A stretch of DNA of 59,374 nt, the filler included, from Dugesia japonica (Eukaryota): assembly GCA_001938525.1 (NCBI GenBank). It is 6 parts of 6 records of this genome, joined end to end, with 100 filler letters (N's around TTAATTAATTAA, not from the genome) between each part and the next. Parts side by side here need not be neighbours in the genome. Positions count along the whole stretch, not along the records: positions 1 to 9,882 come from MQRL01648301.1; 5 more parts are not named here. The stretch is one strand, 5' to 3'. The position numbers and the translations under genes are program-made. A model generated the notes under the pieces. That model was not told the origin of the DNA and did not search any database. It was given only the letters and a program-made list of their open reading frames with translations. Below are positions 1 through 9,982 of the stretch, piece by piece. Positions within the stretch are counted from its first letter, which is position 1. Each line of letters starts with the position of its first letter.

Positions 1-57
<57 letters not shown>

Positions 58-70
58 TAGCAATAATAAT
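1..70. repeat. (TAA)n microsatellite
   Basis: Pure TAA/AAT trinucleotide run at the window start. Confidence 0.95.
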
Positions 71-1159
71 CCTTATATTAATTAAATATTCCCGCCCAGC
101 ACTCGTTTCACTCAACAAATTTCTTTTTCTGTTTTCCGATTCGAATTTTATTTTCGTTTCTTTTCTGTCAGGATCTTCAATTCTTTTATTATTTTAAATC
201 TGGCATTCCAGCCCAACAGACTGATTGATTTAACTACAATTTTCAGCTGATTATATAGCCCTATTTTTTGTGGGAGTGTAGCGTAATTCGTTCCTGTTTG
301 GCTAATCACTGATTTTGTATTTTGTCTTACCTGGTTTCCTTAAGTTTCCTTCCTAAAGCATTTTTATGTTAAAATTTTGATTTTCGGATTTTTCATAATC
401 CATTTTATTGAAACTTTCTTATCTCACATTTTTTCTACCAACCTTAATCTGCTAATTCTGTATTTTATATATTGTTGGATTTTAATAAATTAAAAAATTA
501 CTAATTCATTTCTTTTCTAAATAATATATATATATATATTGATTATAAATTGATTAATATATAATATTTTCTTCTTAAACTTTTCAATTCCTACCTTCAT
601 TATTGATCTGAGTTAATTAACTAACGTCTTTACCAATTAATCTTTGTTATTTCTACTCGAATTTAATGTATTTATTTCTTCAAGCTTAATAATTCTCGTT
701 GTTAAATAATTTTTTTGCTGTTGCAAATAAATTATTGTCTTCAATTCTGATATCGCTTTCTTATATTTTGCTCTTGTACTTGCATCTTCATTTTTACTTT
801 TCATTTTCAATCTTTCATCTGTTTTGCTATGTTTTGTCTTTTCATTGTTCATGCTTTTACACTTAAACTTCCTGCCTTTCTACTTAAGTTTTAATTTCAA
901 TAATTTAAGGTTTTCTACTTTAAAAGAGTATATATTTTACACTTGTATTAAATATACTCTTCAAGCGTGTTATATTAGGTTATTTGGAAAGAATGGCGGA
1001 TTTTTAATAGTTCAGAATTTCATGAATATACTTAAAGAATATCTATTTCCAATCAATTTGTTATGATAGTATAACTAACAAACAAATTTTCTATATATTG
1101 CAAAGGTATTTCATGAAAATAATATTACTTTTTAGTTATCAGTGGACGAACTAGTTAAC

Positions 1160-3048
1160 ATGTGCAGTATTGCTTTGCGTACCATTAGACTACACAAATT
1201 TAAACTCGGTCACAGTGCAATAGGTTTTGGGAAAAAACGTGTTTCTTGTAAAAATGGTTTTACGGTTTTTTCATTCTAAAACCCAGTTAACCGGTGAAAA
1301 CCGGTATTTTAAAGAAAATAATTAAATACATCTCCCTTATCTCCATTATTGTTTAACTTTGCTAAAAGACGACATTAAATAAAGATTTTTTCGTAGTTTT
1401 GTTTTTATTTCCAATTCAGATGCAAAAATTAAAAAAACCAGATACAATTTATTAAAATATTATAAATGTAGTAAAGTAAAAATAAAGTTTAATACAAAAT
1501 TTGACTCTTTCCGAAAGAAAATAGTATTTTAGAAATACTAAAGTATTTAGCGACTCATCACCAAGACGACTTCTAATTTTATTGCTAAAATTTCCTGATA
1601 CAGAAAAGGTTCTTTTTGAGTCCGCTGAAGTTTGCTTAACTGTAAGTAAGGCATTGAAAGGTAATACTAAGTTGTTTATTCTTTCCTCAGTTGCTATAAA
1701 TAAATTACATTCTTTTCTAAACGTGTTAACATTAATGACTTCTTGTACTTTTTGCACACACTTGTTTTCAATATATATGTTTTGTTCATCATTAGGTGAC
1801 ATTTTAACAGCATTATTACCATTTGTTATGTTAATCTCACTATCCTTACCATCCACCAAACTTTCTGGTTCATATTCTAATTGAAACAATCTTTCTAATA
1901 ACCGCTTGCCAAAATTAAGCATTTCTGTTTTTGACGAATATGGCATGGAAACTCGCGGTTGACGGAGTGATTCGGTTTTTGTATTTGAATCTTTCAAATA
2001 CTTGCGAAAGATAATAAACTAATACTTCTAAGTTATAGCACTCTCTATTTTAATGAATTGAATAAACTTTTGTTGATTTCTGTATTTAGCCAATCAATTT
2101 TATCAATCCAACAATGTTGAATCCTACTGATCTTATTTAAAATTATGTTCATTTTGCAAATAAATACTATTTCAGATTTATTACATTAGAATTTATCATG
2201 AAAAGTATAGAATTAGGAATTAGTAGTTTATCTTCTTATGTAAAATTAATGTTAAATAAATCTAAATCTCACAATTGCCGGTTATTTTTCCAAAAAAACG
2301 GTTTTCGGTTTTTGGTTTTCATTGAAAAACCCGGTTTTTAAAAACCGGTTTTAACTGGTTTGCAAATCCTACAATGCAACATAAACAACTGAAAATGGAA
2401 ATAAAGCTAGAGGATAGGATACAGCACCTCAGCGTACGGTAGAGAGATTGTTTCTGAAGTTCCAGAATAAAAATGAGTTTTTTAAAGATAAAGAAAGAAC
2501 TGGATGACTTTCTGTTGTTGATGAAAATGTTTTAAAACAAGTAGTTGAGGAAGACTCAGGGCAAAGTGTCTCAGAGATAGCTGCAAAGATGTATGTTTTG
2601 AAATTAACTGCCTTCGAACATTTGCAGCTTGTAGGCAAAGTCGAGAAACTAGATAAATGAGTGCTGCATGATCTTATGGAAATCCATATGAAAAGAAGAC
2701 TAAGGGTAGGATCATCTCTCCTCACAAGATATTACAACGATCCATTCTTGTATTGCATCATTACTTGAATGAAAAAACCACCAATCTTTTGCATAGTAGT
2801 TTTTAGTTATATGAGTACGCTAAACATTTCCCTAAAACGAAGAGGGATCTGGCTACCATGGATATCCATTTCTTTAACCTTCCCGATCACTTAATGAAGG
2901 ACAAAGTGTTCATAATTCAATCCGATATCGAAAAAGCATTCGAAGATTTCACTGACTCAAGAAATCTAGATCTTTTTCGAATGGGAATGAATGAAGTTTA
3001 ATTACATTGGCAAAAAGGCATAGATTCAAATGGTGCTTATTTTTAATG
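1160..3048 (+). mobile_element. Decayed mariner-family transposase, split by a nested hAT insertion
   Basis: Conceptual translation gives LHKFKLGHSA (~1190-1220). After 2380 it continues QRTVERLFLKF..KDKERTG*LSVVD..GKVEKLDK*VLHDL (the WVPHEL motif), PFLYCIIT, DLATMDIHFF (YSPDLAPSDYHLF-like) and a C-terminal HWQKGIDSNGAYF*. Multiple stops and an internal deletion. Ends are approximate. Confidence 0.85.
1221..2371 (-). mobile_element. Non-autonomous/deleted hAT DNA transposon
   Basis: Imperfect TIRs TAGGTTTTG... and ...CAAATCCTA. 8-bp TSD CAGTGCAA (1213-1220) / CAATGCAA (2372-2379). AAAACCGGTT subterminal repeats at both ends. ORF 1452-1997(-) has a hAT dimerisation-like tail LTVKQTSADSKRTFSVSG..RSRLGDESLNTLVFLK. 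Confidence 0.88.
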
Positions 3049-3399
3049 AAACTTTTGTAATGGACTTGGTTATGGCAGTTTAAAATACTTTGATAATTCT
3101 CTTGTGTTTCATAAACAGAATCAGACAACTAACAAATTAACGAGCCCAAACATATAATCTAATTATTTACTAAAATATATGATATGTATAATTGAATTTT
3201 AATTGGAGTTAGACTAGTTACCATTAATAAATTATTTAGGACATATAATTAATAAAATTTTAGTAGCACTCTCAAATTTGAATTATGTCTATATGCTGAT
3301 TACTTTTATTTTTTGACACTATTATTACTAACGGTGCCAAAATCGGACCTCAACTTACATAATAAGTGCTGATCAGCGTATTCGTGACTTAAAAGAAAA

Positions 3400-4266
3400 A
3401 GTGACACTATTAGCAGAGATGGGATTTATCTTAAATGCTTTAAAACAGAAAACTATGGGGAAAAGCCCAGCTGAAATCGTATTTGTTAAGAGAATAAGCA
3501 GAAAAAAATGGTATGAGACCAATACTCAAAGAGTGCACAAAGAACAAGAAGAAGAAATATTGACCAAAAACAATTCAAGATTGGTGATGAGGTCTTAGTG
3601 AAAGCTAAAACAAGAAACAAGAACCAAGATCGTTTTGAAGGACCTTATAAAATCAAAGGAAAGGTTCACGACAGACGTTTTATCCTGGAAGATACGAAAG
3701 GAAAAATTCTCGAAAGAAACGTAGAGAAGATCAAAAATTTCTTAAAAAGGAGGATATAAGTGTGTTTAAAAAGCAATTTAAATTTTTTGTGTGATTGGTG
3801 ATCATATTTTTAAAATATTTTGTTTAAAAGAAAGATTTAAAGTTTTGATGAAGAATTTAAATAACAAAAATTTATTTTAAATGATAAATTAAAACTTTTT
3901 AGTAAACGGAAATTTATTTTAATCTTAAATAAATAAATAAAATGTTTGAAATAAATTAAATTAATTTTAAATAAATAAAGTTCAATTTAAAAATTCAAAA
4001 ATGATGATTGGATGATAAAGTAAATTTTTAATAAATAAAATTTTCAAATTAAAAGAAATCGCCTTAAATTTTAAATAAATAAATAAAATGTTTGAAATAA
4101 ATAACTTAGAGTTTTAGATTTTGAAAAATGACCAATGAAAACACGGGATTTTTATTTGTTTGTTTAACAAATATTGTTGAATATAGTTTTGATTTTCAAT
4201 AATGTGTTGTAATGAATTCTAATTTTTATATTAATGATACGCTGAGTCTTCCAAACTCAACTAACA
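3400..4266 (+). mobile_element. Ty3/Gypsy 3' remnant: integrase C-terminus (GPY/F), PPT and 3' LTR
   Basis: Translation includes MGKSPAEIVF and RFEGPYKIKGKVHDRRFILED..ERNVEKIK. Purine tract AAAAGGAGGA at ~3745-3755. The AT-rich LTR ends ...TTCCAAACTCAACTAACA (4266), resembling the LTR end at 10240. Confidence 0.7.
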
Positions 4267-6166
4267 ATTGTAAATAGTTTTATATTTCATTTTATTTTAT
4301 ATTAAATGATTTTAATCAACTGTCTAAAAAATCGATTTTTATTCAATCTATAAATAATTTCTAAAACATACAATCTGCTATAATAATATATCGATTATTT
4401 ATTGTGGAATTATGTGATAAGGAAATTTTTTTATCGGGATTTATTTACAATTGTTGAAAAAAGGTGGAAAGTTTTTATATATTGTAGAAATCTTCATGAA
4501 TTTTAATCCATTTTTCAAATTTTTTTATTATGTATGTAACAGAAACACGTGTCTGAAAATAGTATAAATACTGTAAAAAGTTTAGTGGAAATTCGCCCTT
4601 AAAACCTGTTCAACAGTTTATGTCCTATGGGGATATACGATTGAAAGTAAAAATAATAAAATGTGTAAACTAAATATTTAGAATTGTATCTGTTATATTA
4701 CAATAAAGTTTAATTTCAAAAGTAAATTTTGCATTTGTTATAGTAAGGATTAATGTATACTGTATATATCCGATATATCTATATTTATGTTAAACATATT
4801 ATGATTAAATAAAGTCTATTATATCACTTAGCATAATATAAGTATGATATAAGTCATTTGGATTGTTAAAATTAATATCATCAATCTTCTTTACCTATTT
4901 TTTTATATTAATCGGTTTCTTCTATCTTTGGTTTACAGCATATTTAGTTTTATTTCATTGTAAACTAATTCTCATTTGGCCCTGATTAAGATATACTCGT
5001 TTAATACTTTGTACTGTTTTAGACTAACAAATAAGCGTATTTAAATTTTTCGATTGATTGTTTTATTTCCTAAGTAAGGCTTCTTAAGTCTTGCAGTCCT
5101 ATTTATTGTAGAATGAATTAAATTCACTAATTTATCAAAAAAGTGATTCAGATTATTATTTAGAAATTTTGAGAGCAAATAACTTCCTGTCTTTTACCGT
5201 CAGCTTTTGATCTTTGATCAACGACATAGCTGAAACTTTAGTAGGAAGAATGACCTCCAGAATAATCGATATGGCTTCGATGCATTTGGTAACAAGAGTC
5301 AAATAAATTTTACATAGATCCATTTTGTTGAAAGAAACATAATGTAAGTATAAATTTATGCATTTAAATTGAACTATTTCTATATCATTAATTTATGGTT
5401 TCTCCTTAATGACTTTTATTTGTAATTATTAATCTTTGCTTTATTCGGCTTCTCACTCTTTTGATTTATTTTTCGTATCAAACTTTCTAGATCTTACGCC
5501 ATTTATAGTATGGTTTTCGAATCACACAGTTTCACAACATGCTTCTACATTTTATATAAATTAGATTTAAACTATTTCTCAACAATCATTATTATAATTA
5601 TTCATTGTTTTCTTTGATTTATATTATTTCAATTAATACAATGTATATAATTGCTTAATTTTTTTTTCTTCAAATTCTCGGCTTAAGTCTCTGTCCAAAA
5701 CAACTTTTTAAATTTATAAATTTATAAATACTCAAAATTAATTAATATTAATTTAACATACATACATTTCACGTAATTCAGTAATGTTATTAATTTGATT
5801 TAATTATTTTGATTTTAAAATTCAGCAACATTTTAATTTTTAAAAATGAATTTCTTTAAAATTTCTAGACCAATTTTATACCCTTATTTCATGATTTTGA
5901 ATATTTTTGTCACTCTCAATTTCTGAAATGAATACAATTAAATTTGTATATGAATATTATTTTTAGAAAAATGGTTTCATTGTAAAACGAATATATTGTG
6001 GTAAATGGTATAAATACGATGTATGTTTACCTACATATCTTATTCGTATGTTTGTTTTAATTATGAATTTGTTTAAATAATATCTAAATATTTAATAATT
6101 TAAAAAATATAAATTTAATTGTAAAGTAATATGACTATTCTCGCTTAATTTTATATGTTATTCTAG

Positions 6167-7747
6167 ATGACTGATGTAATTTCAGAAAATAAACTTATTT
6201 CTAATAGTAAAAAAAGGCGTGACAGAAAAAAGAAAGCTAAAGAAAGAAAGCGAAAAGAATTCGATGTTCTTAAATTAGAATGTATAGAAATTGATGTAGA
6301 ATATCCGACTTCTTTAGATAACATTGTTGAATTTGAATTAAAAGGAAGGTTTGAAAGATTTATAAATTATGAGAAGGATGAATTGAAGAGTGATACCAGA
6401 GATGATCCTAAAAATGCAAAAGTAACAAATGCCCAATCTCTAAATGAATTACCAATGAAAGCCAGAGCAGCAGCTATTTTACAAGATGATCATGATCGTG
6501 ATGAAAATGAAGAGCCGAAAATCGGTAAGAAACAATTGAAAAGAATGAATCGTATGAGTACAGCACAGTTAAAAATCAATGTGGAACAACCGGAGCTTGT
6601 TGAAACGTGGGATTATTGCAGCAAAGACCCTCTCTTGTTATTAGAGCTAAAAAGTATGAGAAACACAGTGCCTGTTCCAAGACATTGGTGTGCTAAACGA
6701 AAGTATTTACAAGGTAAACGTGGGTTTGAAAAACCTCCTTTTAAATTACCGGAATATATTGCAAAAACTGGAATTATGGAAATGAGACAAACAGTACAAG
6801 ATAAAGACAGTGATAAAACATTAAAAACTAAAATGAGAGAGAAAATTCGCCCAAAAGTTGGTCATGTTGATATCGATTATAATAAATTGCATGATGCATT
6901 CTTTAAAGATCAAGTTAAACCTCCTCTTACAATTCACGGGGATATTTATTATGAAGGCAAAGAATTCGAAGTTAAATTAAAAGAGAAAAAACCTGGTCAA
7001 TTATCTGATGAATTGAGAACATCGCTAGGTTTGCCCACTGGTCCAAATGCAGATAAATACCCGCCACCGTGGCTAATTGCAATGCAGCGGTATGGTCCTC
7101 CTCCGTCTTACCCAAATCTTAAAATCCCCGGATTAAATGCGCCAATCCCGTACGGTTGCTCGTTCGGTTACCATGCAAACGGGTGGGGTAAACCTCCAGT
7201 TGATGAGACAGGACGGCCGATTTACGGAGAAGTTTTTCTTGATAATTTGCCTATTCCACCTCCACCTTCAGATGATGATATTGACGGCGATGAAGGCAAC
7301 AAATATTGGGGAGAAATCGAATCTGATGAGGAATCGGAAGAAGATGAAGAATCAGAAAAAGAGGAAGAGGATGACGAGATGGAATGTGANNNNNNNNNNN
7401 NNNNNNNNNNNNNNNNNNNNNNNNNNNNNNNNNNNNNNNNNNNNNNNNNNAGTGTCGGACAAGGTTTGACCACTCCGCAAAGCATTGAGTTACGTAAGAA
7501 AGCGGTGGACGAAGAGTCGATACCAATTGAGAAACCTCTTTTCCAAGTCATACCACAGATCAAAGCTGAGATCGGATCAGCAATTATGGGTTCAGAAAAA
7601 CTTTATCAAGTACCGGAAATGATGGATCTGAAAAATAAGAAGCGAATTGCACCGACTCCTTCTGGAACGACTTCTGGGCAGAAATCGAGTCAGCCGCCTG
7701 AACCAGCAGAACCGAAATCGAAAAAGCATAAAGACTTCAAATTTTAA
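6167..7747 (+). CDS. SF3B2: Splicing factor 3B subunit 2 (SAP145/CUS1 homolog)
   Basis: Hallmark DUF382 and PSP motifs: RNTVPVPRHWCAKRKYLQGKRGFEKPPFKLP, DIDYNKLHDAFF, HGDIYYEGKEFE, PPPWLIAMQRYGPPPSYPNLKIPGLNAPIP, GWGKPPVDE, and the conserved C-terminus KKHKDFKF. An N gap at 7390-7450 makes frame continuity there an assumption. TTCTAG acceptor directly before the ATG, so an upstream exon or leader is possible. Confidence 0.95.
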   Translation: MTDVISENKLISNSKKRRDRKKKAKERKRKEFDVLKLECIEIDVEYPTSLDNIVEFELKGRFERFINYEKDELKSDTRDDPKNAKVTNAQSLNELPMKARAAAILQDDHDRDENEEPKIGKKQLKRMNRMSTAQLKINVEQPELVETWDYCSKDPLLLLELKSMRNTVPVPRHWCAKRKYLQGKRGFEKPPFKLPEYIAKTGIMEMRQTVQDKDSDKTLKTKMREKIRPKVGHVDIDYNKLHDAFFKDQVKPPLTIHGDIYYEGKEFEVKLKEKKPGQLSDELRTSLGLPTGPNADKYPPPWLIAMQRYGPPPSYPNLKIPGLNAPIPYGCSFGYHANGWGKPPVDETGRPIYGEVFLDNLPIPPPPSDDDIDGDEGNKYWGEIESDEESEEDEESEKEEEDDEMECXXXXXXXXXXXXXXXXXXXXXSVGQGLTTPQSIELRKKAVDEESIPIEKPLFQVIPQIKAEIGSAIMGSEKLYQVPEMMDLKNKKRIAPTPSGTTSGQKSSQPPEPAEPKSKKHKDFKF

Positions 7748-8585
7748 TTCCTGTAGTTTAATATATTGTTTTTCGTATTTTTTTCAATAGTATTATTATT
7801 ATTATCCTTCCGATAATTTGCTGGGTAACACACGTTTCGCAAAAAAATTTGGAACGTTTTTTTTTATTTTTAAATATAAAATTAGTTTAAAATTTTGGCG
7901 AATTTTATGTATCTTTTGAGATTTTTTTCTAAGATTTATTTGTGATACACAACTTCACATCGAAAAATATCTAAAATTGCTAATGCTTTTCAATATATAA
8001 AATTAGTTTCAAACTTTTGAAGAACTTTTAACATTCTGTCATTTGATTTTGACGATGAAGAAACCAGTTTAGAGATGACTTTAGAATATTGAAAAGTAAT
8101 TCAACATGGAAATGCCGAGATGTTATCTAGACTGAGATTCCAAGTATGATTACATTGTCAGATGTTCCTTGAGGATGGTGAGAAATTAAAGATCAAAGCA
8201 AGAATATTGTTGGGCTCCGAGGTTTTGATGTTTTATTTCTTCTCTTGGTTTTCGCACTCGATTATCTCGTATTCCTTTTATCTCATTATCTTCTATGGGC
8301 AGATACCCCTGAGCCGGCAGAAATTTGGCAATACTCCATGTTTTGGTCCATCCACCACGAGTCTTGTAATTTTCAATTTTGATTGCATTCGGCTCAACTT
8401 GTTCTTGTGTTATATATNNNNNNNNNNNNNNNNNNNNNNNNNNNNNNNNNNNNNNNNNNNNNNNNNNATTATGACTTATTATAATTGCATACACCATAAC
8501 GCCCATAATTTGTCATTCACTTTGGAACATAATTTTACCCCAATAGTGTTTCAAATGCGAGAGATCCCCCCCAAAAATTTTATTT

Positions 8586-8603
8586 ATCCCGGCTGAGTCC
8601 CCA
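8586..8603 (-). promoter_or_regulatory. tRNA-Pro-like primer binding site of an LTR retrotransposon
   Basis: Minus strand reads TGGGGACTCAGCCGGGAT, a 15/18 match to the canonical tRNA-Pro PBS TGGGGGCTCGTCCGGGAT. It lies 8 nt after an LTR-like end ...GATCCCAACA. Confidence 0.7.
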
Positions 8604-8611
8604 AATTTTTC

Positions 8612-9882
8612 TGTTGGGATCTTATGCAGTGGATGTTAAGGCTCAGAAAACTCATGAGACCCCAACGAGAAAAATGGTAGTAGTTTCCCAAGCTACTTTT
8701 CGTAAGAGAACCGGTGACCCTCATCCGCGCCACGGTGCAGTTCGCCTTACTTTCTTTCGGGTTCTGGGTATGATACTCGGTTGCGAGAGGTAACTTTCCT
8801 GCGCTAATATGCGGCGTGGACCAATCGCTTTATCACATCGAAATTCTATTATATTTAGACACTATCTTATCTTATCATGGTATTTAATCGTAATACTCCT
8901 TTATTCNAATGTATTATCTCTACAACTAGCTGAATGGTTTTATTACTAATGTGCAATTCTACCGTATCTAATACTATATGTTATCTCAACTATTATCATT
9001 ATCAAAATATTCCTTTGTTAGTCAAATCTAACTATTCATTTAGCTATAAGTTACTATTTACTATTAATTTTACTTTATACTTATCACTACTGTCATTATT
9101 TGTCTATAACTCAAGTCAATTACTTAAGTACCTTAGCTATTCCTATAGTTATTTCGTGATTATTTAATTACATTATTCAAATTTGGATTCAGGAACTCAA
9201 CACAACGCATTTTAAAATAAGACATTTATTGCTACAAAATTAGTTTTTATTAGTTCCATAATATTCGGCGAGCCACGCATCTACATCAACCGTATCCCAT
9301 GTTTGTATTGGGTTAGGGATAGGTGATGCTGGCGGCTGAAAAAACATGATTCTCCTGTCATCTGCTAATGGGTTTTCGATAACTTCTGGAGGGTAAGTTT
9401 TCTGATCTTTGATTTGTTTTTCTAGGAATTTAATCTTATCATCCTGTTTATTAATGGTTCGTTCTAATATACTAATTAACTGTTCCTTTGTTTCCTTCAT
9501 GCGTNNNNNNNNNNNNNNNNNNNNNNNNNNNNNNNNNNNNNNNNNNNNNNNNNNNNNNNNNNNNNNNNNNNNNNNNNNNNNNNNNNNNNNNNNNNNNNNN
9601 NNNNNNNNNNNNNNNNNNNNNNNNNNNNNNNNNNNNNNNNNNNNNNNNNNNNNNNNNNNNNNNNNNNNNNNNNNNNNNNNNNNNNNNNNNNCCTTCATAT
9701 TTAACCTGTAACAAAATAATAATAAAACATAAGTTAATTCAAAATATATTTCCCCGCAACCCTATCAATTTATCTGGGAAAACCCCTCCTAAAATAGTAA
9801 CGCATGAGAAACATTCTTAACTGGCCAAACAGACCTAATATATTATTTAAGAAACACTTTAAATAAGACATTACTCACTAAA
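8612..9882 (-). mobile_element. 3' part of a large 5' LTR (truncated by scaffold end) containing an ORF
   Basis: Ends in CCCAACA next to a PBS, with a GC-rich terminal ~200 bp. Architecture parallels 16547-17160. Confidence 0.6.
9240..9706 (-). CDS. LTR-borne coiled-coil ORF of unknown function (KIxFL family), interrupted by a gap
   Basis: TTGTTACAG acceptor at ~9707. Translation LISILERTINKQDDKIKFLEKQIKDQ..WDTVDVDAWL*, with AATAAA ~10 nt after the stop. Similar to 16742-16909. Confidence 0.5.
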
Positions 9883-9982
9883 NNNNNNNNNNNNNNNNNN
9901 NNNNNNNNNNNNNNNNNNNNNNNNNNTTAATTAATTAANNNNNNNNNNNNNNNNNNNNNNNNNNNNNNNNNNNNNNNNNNNN
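9883..9982. other. Artificial scaffold linker (N44-TTAATTAATTAA-N44)
   Basis: Identical 100-bp spacer with stops in all six frames. Recurs at 19468-19567, 28796-28895, 39857-39956 and 49691-49790. Confidence 0.97.

Noticed and set aside
637-1066. ORFs 637-852(-) and 824-1066(+)
   Set aside because: Composition-driven ORFs in purine-skewed repeat-like DNA with no conserved motif.
7137-7563. Overlapping ORFs 7137-7469(+), 7222-7563(-) and 7251-7526(-)
   Set aside because: Shadow frames of SF3B2, lengthened by the N gap.
9927-9938. Recurrent palindrome TTAATTAATTAA as a biological motif
   Set aside because: Always centred in exactly 44+44 Ns, so it is an assembly linker.
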